IMG/VR virus record: IMGVR_UViG_3300006141_000006
Origin: an uncultured virus (IMG/VR IMGVR_UViG_3300006141_000006)
Lineage: Duplodnaviria; Heunggongvirae; Uroviricota; Caudoviricetes
DNA length: 37,717 bases
Reading direction: 5' to 3' (one strand)
A program made the position numbers and the translations under genes. Every line of letters begins with the position of its first letter. Position 1 is the stretch's first letter. Under the pieces are notes generated by a model. It made no database searches and had not been told where the DNA came from. It was given only the letters and a program-made list of their open reading frames with translations. This document shows positions 17,586 to 25,151 of this stretch, piece after piece.

Positions 17586-17711
17586 TTGCAAATTCCCATT
17601 GACGCCACTACAGAAGAAATTGCCGCCCTTGTGGTGGCGGCACAAGAACGGCAGGAGGTCAAGATAACGATTGATGGCGCGGAAATCTGGAAAGGGTTTA
17701 TTTCCCGTTAG
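17586..17711 (+). CDS. 41-aa hypothetical (not in ORF track)
   Basis: GGGGGTGAGG RBS, TTG; MQIPIDATTEEIAALVVAAQERQ... Confidence 0.55.
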   Translation: MQIPIDATTEEIAALVVAAQERQEVKITIDGAEIWKGFISR

Positions 17712-17755
17712 GAAAGTCCCCGTTGACGTTGAACGAATTCAAGCGGAGTATGAGG

Positions 17756-18277
17756 TCACAACGTATTTCTTTGGGAGGCCCAGCCCGCAGGCAGTTCAAG
17801 TTTCATTTGAACTGGACGCCCACGGGTGGAGCAGACTTGAACAGTCAAGTGAGTGGCGGAATCTTCTGGAAGTTCTTGCATCCCTTCAAAAAGAACAAAA
17901 GCACTTTGTGCGCTCAGCCCGGATACAGCGATAGGCATTGGAGTTGAGAATATCTGCCGCACGCCAGTGATTTCTTTTCCAGAACGGCGGATTGTTTCAC
18001 GCAATAGAGTCGAAGAAGGTGTGCAAGCGGTTTTTCCCTCTCCGCACAGCAGAAAGAATTGCGTCACGGCAATAGAAAGCCTGGATTTGTTCTCAATCCC
18101 AATATGGAGATATGTCACATCTTTATAGGATTTGATGCTATATATCCGGATTCTAAAATTTTTCCTTTTGGAAATGAGATCATTAGCCAGATTATACAAA
18201 GACAGCATCAGACTTAATGACGCAATTGCCGCAGTTGGATTAGTTTTTGCCCATTGCAAGACTACATCTGCAATCAT
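17756..18277 (-). CDS. Moron-like membrane-anchored protein
   Basis: GAAGGTGA RBS, own promoter, N-terminal TM, opposite to early operon. Confidence 0.75.
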   Translation of the reverse strand: MIADVVLQWAKTNPTAAIASLSLMLSLYNLANDLISKRKNFRIRIYSIKSYKDVTYLHIGIENKSRLSIAVTQFFLLCGEGKTACTPSSTLLRETIRRSGKEITGVRQIFSTPMPIAVSGLSAQSAFVLFEGMQELPEDSATHLTVQVCSTRGRPVQMKLELPAGWASQRNTL

Positions 18278-18308
18278 TCTGGTTCACCTTCCTGTCGATA
18301 TGCGTAAA

Positions 18309-18337
18309 ATTATACCGCAACAGGAAGAAAAACGCAA
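18309..18337 (-). promoter_or_regulatory. Promoter of moron gene
   Basis: TTGCGT-17 bp-TATAAT. Confidence 0.7.
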
Positions 18338-18387
18338 TTGCTATTTTCAGTGCTTGAGCAGAGCGGGATACGGCGTGAGAAAGGAGG

Positions 18388-18666
18388 ATGGTTGTGGCCC
18401 CGAAAAAGAATTCAGCCCCCGATATCGAGAAGGATATCCAGAGGCTGAAACGGCAGGTATTATGGCTGACTATTTTGGTTTGTCTCTTGATTGGGCTGAC
18501 TATCAGGCTGTTTTTCGAGTGCAGCAGGCTCAACGGAACTTTGGACCTCATCACTGAGAACATCGGGCTTATCTCCGATTTCAGCGGATTGGTTCTCTCT
18601 AAGTTCGAGCAAATCGACAAGCTCCTGGAATTTTTCAAGGAATTCATAAGGATGCACTTATTATGA
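18388..18666 (+). CDS. Hypothetical membrane protein
   Basis: AAGGAGG RBS; one TM. Confidence 0.6.
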   Translation: MVVAPKKNSAPDIEKDIQRLKRQVLWLTILVCLLIGLTIRLFFECSRLNGTLDLITENIGLISDFSGLVLSKFEQIDKLLEFFKEFIRMHLL

Positions 18667-18947
18667 TGCAAAAGCAGCCCTCAGCACAGCATTTTCAATA
18701 TTGGAAAAAGCTATGCTGAGGTCCAAGATTTGAGCTATTCCAATGCGCTTAGGTCAATGTCCTCATCTTTTTGTGGGATATGGTTATCCAAGTAATTGTA
18801 ACCGAATCGCTGGAAGGCCGCCAGCGTGGCCCGTTGTGTCGGCCCTGCCGGGGCTACGCAACAAAAAACCAACAAATTTAGTCCGGCATTCAGGGGCTGG
18901 TCAATAAGGACAGCCTGAGCCGCATACCATCAGAGGGAGGCGATAAT

Positions 18948-19220
18948 ATGGAATCGGCGATTCAGACAACCGTTACATACAAAACTGAAATTGTCAGCGG
19001 GAAGGAAGTCCAAGTGGAAATCACCAAGCAGATAGGGCTTCAAACCCTGATGCTTGAAGGGAAGCCTACCCTTGTGGAAGCGGTAACCTACAAAAAATAT
19101 CCAGGAAAAAACAACATCCAAAAAAATTTTACCCCTGCAGCTCCGCCGAAAAGCCCGGAGGAAACCGCTGCACAGCTGGCAAGGCTCAATGAACTCTACG
19201 CAAATTTGTTTGTCAGCTAG
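18948..19220 (+). CDS. Hypothetical protein
   Basis: GGGAGG RBS. Confidence 0.7.
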   Translation: MESAIQTTVTYKTEIVSGKEVQVEITKQIGLQTLMLEGKPTLVEAVTYKKYPGKNNIQKNFTPAAPPKSPEETAAQLARLNELYANLFVS

Positions 19221-19263
19221 CGGTTTCACCCTCTCTTGGTTTGCAAAGAAAGGCAGGATATTT

Positions 19264-19404
19264 ATGAAGAAAATACTCCAAATTGAGCCGATTGCTGAAA
19301 ATTTCTGGCGCATAACTACAAAATCGGATGCGGACCTGTTTATTTGCGTGGTGCAGGCACCCACTTTGAAAGACGCTTGGAACGAAGCCCTTAAATCTCT
19401 TTAA
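19264..19404 (+). CDS. 46-aa hypothetical protein
   Basis: AGGCAGGA before ATG 19264. Confidence 0.5.
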   Translation: MKKILQIEPIAENFWRITTKSDADLFICVVQAPTLKDAWNEALKSL

Positions 19405-19419
19405 TTGGGAAGCTGTCCG

Positions 19420-20103
19420 ATGAATACGGAAGAATTACAAAAAAGGATTATAAAGCATGGGAAATGGCAGCGCGGAGAACCAGACGGAGAAAGACTTGAT
19501 CTTCATGGAGAAGATCTCCACGGGGCCAAGCTCTCTGGGGCTGATCTCTCCGAGGCCAATCTCTACGGGGCTGATCTCTCTGGGGCTAATCTCTCTGGGG
19601 CTGATCTCCACGGGGCCAAGCTCTCTGGGGCTGATCTCTTCGAGACCAATCTCTCCTGGGCTGATCTCTCTGGGGCTGATCTCTCCGAGGCCAATCTCTC
19701 CGGGGCCAATCTCTACAAAGCCAAGCTCTCCGGGGCAAATCTCAAAAATGTAATAGTTAATACATCAACAAAATTCTGGGCATTGCAATGCCCAGAAAGC
19801 GGACAATATACCGCATGGAAAAAAGCGGGCGGTCTGATTGTAGAGCTGGAAATCCCTGCGGATGCACAGCGATCTTCTGCCACCAGCCGAAAGTGTCGTG
19901 CAAGCAAAGCAAGAGTTATCAGTATCACAAACACAGACGGGGTGCCAGCAGGAAAACACGTATGTAGTAATTATGACCCTAATTTTGTCTATACCGTAGG
20001 CGAAACCATAGAAGTCTCAAACTTTGACACGAACCGTTGGAATGAGCGCGCACCTGGAATTCACCATTACATTACCCGCCAGGAAGCTGTGCAGCACGTA
20101 TAA
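19420..20103 (+). CDS. Pentapeptide-repeat protein with DUF5758-like C-terminus
   Basis: About 16 L(S/H/Y)GA(D/N/K) repeats; '[32 protein letters not shown]'. Confidence 0.88.
   Translation: MNTEELQKRIIKHGKWQRGEPDGERLDLHGEDLHGAKLSGADLSEANLYGADLSGANLSGADLHGAKLSGADLFETNLSWADLSGADLSEANLSGANLYKAKLSGANLKNVIVNTSTKFWALQCPESGQYTAWKKAGGLIVELEIPADAQRSSATSRKCRASKARVISITNTDGVPAGKHVCSNYDPNFVYTVGETIEVSNFDTNRWNERAPGIHHYITRQEAVQHV
19501..19743 (+). repeat. 15-bp tandem coding repeat (ggggctgatctctct-like)
   Basis: Directly visible. Confidence 0.9.
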
Positions 20104-20139
20104 AAAAAGCCCTGCCGGGCGATCTGGCACCGGCGGGGC
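20102..20139 (-). terminator. Hairpin with U7 tail on minus strand
   Basis: A7 then GCCCTGCCGG...CCGGCGGGGC on + strand. Confidence 0.55.
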
Positions 20140-20194
20140 AAGGATAAAAACAAACGGTATTATAGCAGCTGCACAAATTGCATAGCCGTACAAA

Positions 20195-20274
20195 ACAAAA
20201 GAATTACCCCGCTGAATGTGCGACCATCCAGCGGGGCAGGCAAGACCGGCTGACAAGCATCAAACGGGCTTGAT
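20195..20274 (-). ncRNA. Predicted ~80-nt antisense sRNA
   Basis: Promoter TTGACA-17-TATATT (20309-20281) and hairpin 20206-20237 with U-rich tail, both on minus strand. Confidence 0.5.
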
Positions 20275-20328
20275 AGAACAAATATAGCACAACTCTCTGT
20301 TTCTGTCAAGCCGCAGGAAGGAGAAATT

Positions 20329-20481
20329 ATGAAAATCGACCTGAAATTTTGCGGCGGAGAACTGCACATCGAACGGGATCCCATAGATTTGGACAAGCTC
20401 CAAGCAATCTGCGGCATTTTATACGCCGCCATTGCAGCCGGCGGGATTAACCTGTTTGTGTTCATACTTAAAAATTTTTGA
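20329..20481 (+). CDS. 50-aa peptide with hydrophobic C-terminus (not in ORF track)
   Basis: AAGGAG RBS; MKIDLKFCGGELHIERDPIDLDKLQAICGILYAAIAAGGINLFVFILKNF. Confidence 0.65.
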   Translation: MKIDLKFCGGELHIERDPIDLDKLQAICGILYAAIAAGGINLFVFILKNF

Positions 20482-20495
20482 AAAAGGAGGAGGCT

Positions 20496-20699
20496 ATGGA
20501 AACACTAGGAGACTTCGCGCGGAAAAACAGGTTGGAACGCGCAGGGATTCCCACCATCGTCAAAATCGGCGAAAATACTTACAAGGGGGTTGGACTGGAT
20601 TGGATTCTGGAAAACCCAATTCTCTCCAATCATCCATTGGGAGGTTTTGTAAAGTGGCATAGAGGAACGTCAATTGTTGGAAAGGAAGATAATTTATGA
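20496..20699 (+). CDS. Hypothetical protein
   Basis: AGGAGGAGG RBS. Confidence 0.65.
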   Translation: METLGDFARKNRLERAGIPTIVKIGENTYKGVGLDWILENPILSNHPLGGFVKWHRGTSIVGKEDNL

Positions 20700-21292
20700 A
20701 GCATCAAGAACGTTGCAAATCGGATTTTGAGCCGCCTGATCACCGACCGCTTCGCATATTTGCAGTCAGTTTTCTGCTGCTGCTTGCTTTGACTCTGTTT
20801 TGCATCCTGCGATCAAGCGAAGCAACACAGCATTCGAGGAACGTTCCGCAAAATTCGACGGTCACGGTTCAAATTCTGACGCGCCGCAGAACGGAAAGGA
20901 CCATGAAAAAGTTACATCGCAGCATCCCAGGGATGACCGAAAACGAGTTGATTGAAGCGGCCCTGCTGGCGCGGGCCCAGGTGATCGAGAACTGCACTGT
21001 TACCCACTACGACGCTTGTGTAGCTTGCTGTGGAAAGTCGGATGGCTTTACAATTACTGGCGTTCAGGCAACACCCTATGTCACCGTAGCGGTGGACCCG
21101 GCGGTCATCCCGTTGGGCAGCGATGTGCTGGTTGACTATGGTGATGGCGAAATTCATTATTACCGTGCCGACGATATCGGTTCCATGGTGACGGGGAATC
21201 ATATTGATCTCTGCGTTAGCAGCCATGAAGAAGCTATAGCCTTGGGCGTGCGGACAGCGACAGTCTACTGGGTAGAACAGGAGGATGTATGA
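20696..21292 (+). CDS. Membrane-anchored 3D (Asp-Asp-Asp) domain protein
   Basis: TM, then 'TVAVDPAVIPLGS..YRADDIG..GNHIDL'. Confidence 0.88.
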   Translation: MKHQERCKSDFEPPDHRPLRIFAVSFLLLLALTLFCILRSSEATQHSRNVPQNSTVTVQILTRRRTERTMKKLHRSIPGMTENELIEAALLARAQVIENCTVTHYDACVACCGKSDGFTITGVQATPYVTVAVDPAVIPLGSDVLVDYGDGEIHYYRADDIGSMVTGNHIDLCVSSHEEAIALGVRTATVYWVEQEDV

Positions 21293-21798
21293 CGAATAAG
21301 AAAATCCTGGACGTGACCTGTGGAGCCCGTACAACCTGGTTTGATAAGCACCATCCCGCCGCTTTGTATTGTGACTGCCGACGGGAAACATACTACAAAT
21401 TTTGGAAGAATGCGGGAAATTGTTCACTGAATATTGACCCAGATATTCTCTGCGACTTCACAGCCTTGCCGTTTCCAGACAACACGTTTTCGTTGGTTTT
21501 GTTTGATCCGCCCCATCTGATCAGCGCGAAGGAAACGTCGTGGTTGGTTAAGAAATACGGGAAACTGGACAATAACTGGCCTCAGATGTTGCACGATGGG
21601 TTTGCTGAGTGTATGCGAGTGTTGAAGCCGGATGGAATCTTGATTTTCAAATGGTCTCAATACGACATACCCGCTGAAAGGGTTTGGAAAGCTATTGGAC
21701 AAAAGCCCTTGTTTGGACACCATAGCGGAAAACAATCTCGTACATTTTGGGGATGTTTTATGAAGCTTTTAGATTTGTATGATACCACATTGAGGTGA
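21289..21798 (+). CDS. SAM-dependent amino-methyltransferase (probable DNA MTase)
   Basis: 'ILDVTCG' motif I, 'FDPPH' catalytic motif, 'RVLKPDG'. Confidence 0.8.
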   Translation: MTNKKILDVTCGARTTWFDKHHPAALYCDCRRETYYKFWKNAGNCSLNIDPDILCDFTALPFPDNTFSLVLFDPPHLISAKETSWLVKKYGKLDNNWPQMLHDGFAECMRVLKPDGILIFKWSQYDIPAERVWKAIGQKPLFGHHSGKQSRTFWGCFMKLLDLYDTTLR

Positions 21799-21813
21799 CA
21801 AAGGAGGCACAGA

Positions 21814-22158
21814 ATGAAACTGTACGATAACGACACGTACCGCGATGAGTTTATGGCGATCGTGTACGCTCTTTTACATAGCGACGGGACGAATGACCGG
21901 GCAAATCAAATCATTGACGCGTTTGACAACGCCCCGGCGATTGATGCAGAGCCAATACCGTCAAGAGCCCCGCTGTCCCTGGAAGAACTGCGGGAGATGG
22001 ACGGGGAGCCTTACTGGCACGTTGGATTGCGGGATGATTCTCCAACTCCCCATTGGGCAATCCTGCCTAGCAATGTGGCGCAACGTCCACAAGATTATTT
22101 TTACGGAAAATATTGGCTTGCCTACCACCGCAAGCCGGAGGAAGCCTCATGTACATGA
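21814..22158 (+). CDS. Hypothetical phage protein
   Basis: AAGGAGG RBS. Confidence 0.7.
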   Translation: MKLYDNDTYRDEFMAIVYALLHSDGTNDRANQIIDAFDNAPAIDAEPIPSRAPLSLEELREMDGEPYWHVGLRDDSPTPHWAILPSNVAQRPQDYFYGKYWLAYHRKPEEASCT

Positions 22159-22484
22159 CGGAAGCAGAAATCTGCCGGGATTACCGCCTCACGGCAGACA
22201 CACACAAACCGGAGCAAATTGGGATATTGGCGGACATGAACCTTTGCCGCCGAAGCCAAATCGCCGGCATCCTGGAACGGCACGGGGAATCCATTATCCA
22301 GAAAAGAGCTATGCCCACCAGGGCCGAGATCGATCGCCGGAAAGAGCTGCGCCTTACCATGTACCAGCAGGGGATGACCGATTCGGAAATTTCTGCCGCC
22401 TTGGGAGAATCCTACTACACTACATGCTATTGGCGGCGCGGTCACGGCCTCCCGCCAAACAAAAGGAGAACAAAAAATGGATAA
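22149..22484 (+). CDS. Hypothetical HTH protein
   Basis: GGAGG RBS; 'YQQGMTDSEISAALG..WRRGHGLPPN'. Confidence 0.7.
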   Translation: MYMTEAEICRDYRLTADTHKPEQIGILADMNLCRRSQIAGILERHGESIIQKRAMPTRAEIDRRKELRLTMYQQGMTDSEISAALGESYYTTCYWRRGHGLPPNKRRTKNG

Positions 22485-22647
22485 ACGCGGCGTACCAGGC
22501 GAATTGGCGTGCGTGTGTTGTTTTGAGCCGAATTGCTTTGGCTGTTCCGTTTTTGCACGTGCTCTTTCCTTGGAAACGATGGAAAACCTGCCGGATTACG
22601 CTGAGGAAGGCGAAAAATTTCAGTTGGACTGGGAGGAAAAATTTTAA
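22477..22647 (+). CDS. 56-aa Cys-rich hypothetical (not in ORF track)
   Basis: AAGGAG RBS; MDKRGVPGELACVCCFEPNCFGC... Confidence 0.55.
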   Translation: MDKRGVPGELACVCCFEPNCFGCSVFARALSLETMENLPDYAEEGEKFQLDWEEKF

Positions 22648-22839
22648 TATTGCTGCATTCTGCCACAACAAAAGAAAGTAGGGATTGTCAAAAGGAACAA
22701 GGGAAGAATTGGCCACGTTGCTGGATGGCCGACAAGTGCGACAACACGATTCTCCTGAGATGGGACCGGATCAAGCGGAAATACCTGTCTGGAGACGAAG
22801 ATGCCTAAACCAATACGAAATCACAATCCCAGTAAACCC

Positions 22840-22903
22840 TCCGGCCCTCCACCGGACATTTCCGCCCGGGAGGGAGGGCGGCAGAACCCGGTGGAGGGCC
22901 GGA
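22840..22903. repeat. 16-bp perfect inverted repeat with nested 6-bp stem
   Basis: TCCGGCCCTCCACCGG / CCGGTGGAGGGCCGGA; inner CCGCCC/GGGCGG. Confidence 0.85.
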
Positions 22904-22937
22904 ACGCACTCATATCAACCGGAAAGGAGGAACCCCC

Positions 22938-23294
22938 ATGGACCCCAGTATTCAGAAATCCATCCTGCAAATGGCCCGCGGCGCCATTCAGGAACGGGCG
23001 GACTACGAGATGTCCGGCATCCTAGCCAACATCCTGGACCCCAACACGTCCGCCACCGCGAAGCGCAAACTGACGATCACCCTGGAACTCAAGCCGGACG
23101 ATACCCGGCAAAACATCACCGTCAGCTGCACCGCCAAATCGACGCTTGCCGCTACCAATGCGGTTGTCACATCCTTGTATGTGGCGGATGAGGAGACGGT
23201 GGTGGAGATGGTGCCGCAAATCCCCGGCCAGTTCGGCCTGGACGGCGGCGAACAGGAAGCAGCGCCCCACCTAAAGCTCATCAAAACATCTTAG
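22938..23294 (+). CDS. Conserved phage early protein
   Basis: AAAGGAGG RBS; 'NILDPNTSATAKRKLTITL', 'PQIPGQ'. Confidence 0.8.
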   Translation: MDPSIQKSILQMARGAIQERADYEMSGILANILDPNTSATAKRKLTITLELKPDDTRQNITVSCTAKSTLAATNAVVTSLYVADEETVVEMVPQIPGQFGLDGGEQEAAPHLKLIKTS

Positions 23295-24296
23295 AGCAGT
23301 TCTCTGAAATAGCAATAAGAGAAGAGATATGGTAAGATGGTAGCGGGGTGAGGAAGATGCTGCATAACGAAGCAAGGAATTTGCTGGTAGAAGCGTATGA
23401 GAAAACGCACGACGCAAAAGCAGTTGCGTTGGCATACGGGGTATCTGTGCCAACGGTATACCGGCTGGCAGAGCAAAAGGCCAAAACTGGAAGTGTGGAT
23501 CTGCGCGTAAGTGAACGGGGACGTAAGCGAGTGCTGACGCCGGAAGATTCAGAAAGAATTGCGAAGGCGATAGACAGTCAGCCGGATATTACACTTTCAG
23601 AAATCGTAGAGAAATTGGGGCTGCCAGTTGGAATAGAAACGGTACGCCGGAGAATCCAGGCCATGGGGTATCGGAGAAAAAAGAAGATGATCCACGCTTC
23701 AGAACAGGAGCGTCCCCGATGTGCGGGCCAAGAGAGAACAATGGAGTGGGTTTGCGAAGACAACACGGGCTTCCCGTCTGGTTTTCCTGGATGAAAGTGG
23801 AGTCAATATCAATATGACCAGACGGTATGGCCGAGGAAAAGGAGGCCGGCGGGTGGTAGATCGTGCGCCGCTGAACACACCAAAATCTACGACCATTTTG
23901 TCCTCGATTCGTCTGGATGGAACAATGGCCTTTACGACTTTTCAGGGTGGAACAACAGCGGACAAGTTCCTGAACTATTTGAAAGAGACTCTGGTTCCCA
24001 CCCTCCGGCCAGGTGATATTGTGGTAATGGACAATCTCAGGACTCACCACATCCAAGCGGTAGGTGAGCTGCTCCATGATGCCGGAGCGGAGGCCCTTTA
24101 TCTGCCCGCGTACAGCCCGGACCTGAACCCTATTGAAAAACTTTGGTCTAAGGTAAAAGCCACTTTAAGAAAGCTTCGGGTCCGTTCTCCCGATGCGCTT
24201 GATTCTGCTATTCAATTTGCCTTTCGCTGTGTCTCCCCACATGATTGTCTTGCCTGGTTTCGCCACGCTGGTTATTGTTTATTTTGAGAATTGCTC
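23294..24296 (+). mobile_element. IS630-family insertion sequence
   Basis: Terminal IRs GAGCAGTTCTC / GAGAATTGCTC, flanking TA at 23292-93 and 24297-98, DDE transposase. Confidence 0.93.
23357..24287 (+). CDS. IS630 transposase in two frames (HTH ORF 23357..23794; DDE ORF ending 24287), +1 transition near 23714-23719
   Basis: 'FLDESG', 'VMDNL', 'YLPAYSPDLNPIEKLWSKVK'. Confidence 0.88.
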
Positions 24297-24318
24297 TAAT
24301 TAAAAAGGAGAACCCGAT

Positions 24319-25050
24319 ATGTTGAAAGAATTTATCCAGCACATCCAGCAAACGACGCAGCCCCAGATCCGGACGATTGACGGCAAGACGTTCGTCATCG
24401 CAGCGGGCGGAAGTGCAACGGAAGTCCGCCCCGCCTTTGACCACCCAGACCTGCTGGGTCTGACCTCCCTGGATGCCATGGTAAAGCTGGTCAAAACGGA
24501 AGCGTCCGAACTGGACACGCCCCTGTACATCACCATCCCCGACCATTTGACGGCCCGCTGCTTTGGGCAGCCGGATTTGGATGCTGGATGCTTCCGGCAG
24601 GTCTACTATGAAGCCAACGCCACCGACGTCCCCGGCTGGAACGAGCAGACGCAGCTTGGATTTGAGCAGGCGCAAATTGCGCTTCGGACGCGCTTCCAGG
24701 AAACTGAGGGTACGTTGTATGCCATGAAACTGCTGTCGGACATCAGCTGTGGCGCCAGCGTCATTTACAACGACAGCGGCATCGCCACCACCGTTACCAC
24801 TAAAAAGGGTGTGGCCCTCCAGACAAATGAGCAAATCCGGCCCCTACTCAAACTCCGCCCCTACCGCACTTTTCAGGAGGTGGAGCAGCCGGAGAGCATT
24901 TTCCTCATTCGCGTCAACGACCGGGGCATCAGTTTCACCGAGGCCGACGGCGGCATGTGGAAGCTGAAAGCCCGGGAGACCATCAAGGCATTTTTAGAGG
25001 AGCGGCTTGCCGAGGAGGTTACAGAGGGAGCCGTCATTGTTGCCCTGTAA
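24319..25050 (+). CDS. Conserved phage early protein
   Basis: AAGGAG RBS; 'LRPYRTFQEVEQPES..EADGGMWK'. Confidence 0.8.
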   Translation: MLKEFIQHIQQTTQPQIRTIDGKTFVIAAGGSATEVRPAFDHPDLLGLTSLDAMVKLVKTEASELDTPLYITIPDHLTARCFGQPDLDAGCFRQVYYEANATDVPGWNEQTQLGFEQAQIALRTRFQETEGTLYAMKLLSDISCGASVIYNDSGIATTVTTKKGVALQTNEQIRPLLKLRPYRTFQEVEQPESIFLIRVNDRGISFTEADGGMWKLKARETIKAFLEERLAEEVTEGAVIVAL

Positions 25051-25052
25051 GC

Positions 25053-25092
25053 AAAAGAGCGCCCCGGCGGGCACAGCAACACCCGCCGGGGC
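25053..25092 (-). terminator. 11-bp GC hairpin with minus-strand U tail
   Basis: AAAAGAGC-GCCCCGGCGGG-N10-CCCGCCGGGGC. Confidence 0.5.
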
Positions 25093-25151
25093 AGGATCGG
25101 TGTAAAGCTAATTCTATAAAATGCTATACAAGAAGAACAGGAGGCTTATCC

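Noticed and set aside
18667..18947. Structured RNA or gene remnant in intergenic gap
   Set aside because: Only an imperfect hairpin near 18834-18863; no tRNA cloverleaf, promoter or convincing ORF could be supported.
19501..19743. CRISPR array
   Set aside because: Contiguous 15-bp coding repeats without spacers; no array seen elsewhere in the window.
23677..23683. A-AAA-AAG -1 frameshift site in IS630
   Set aside because: The conserved motif continues in frame past it and the DDE ORF is in the +1 frame.
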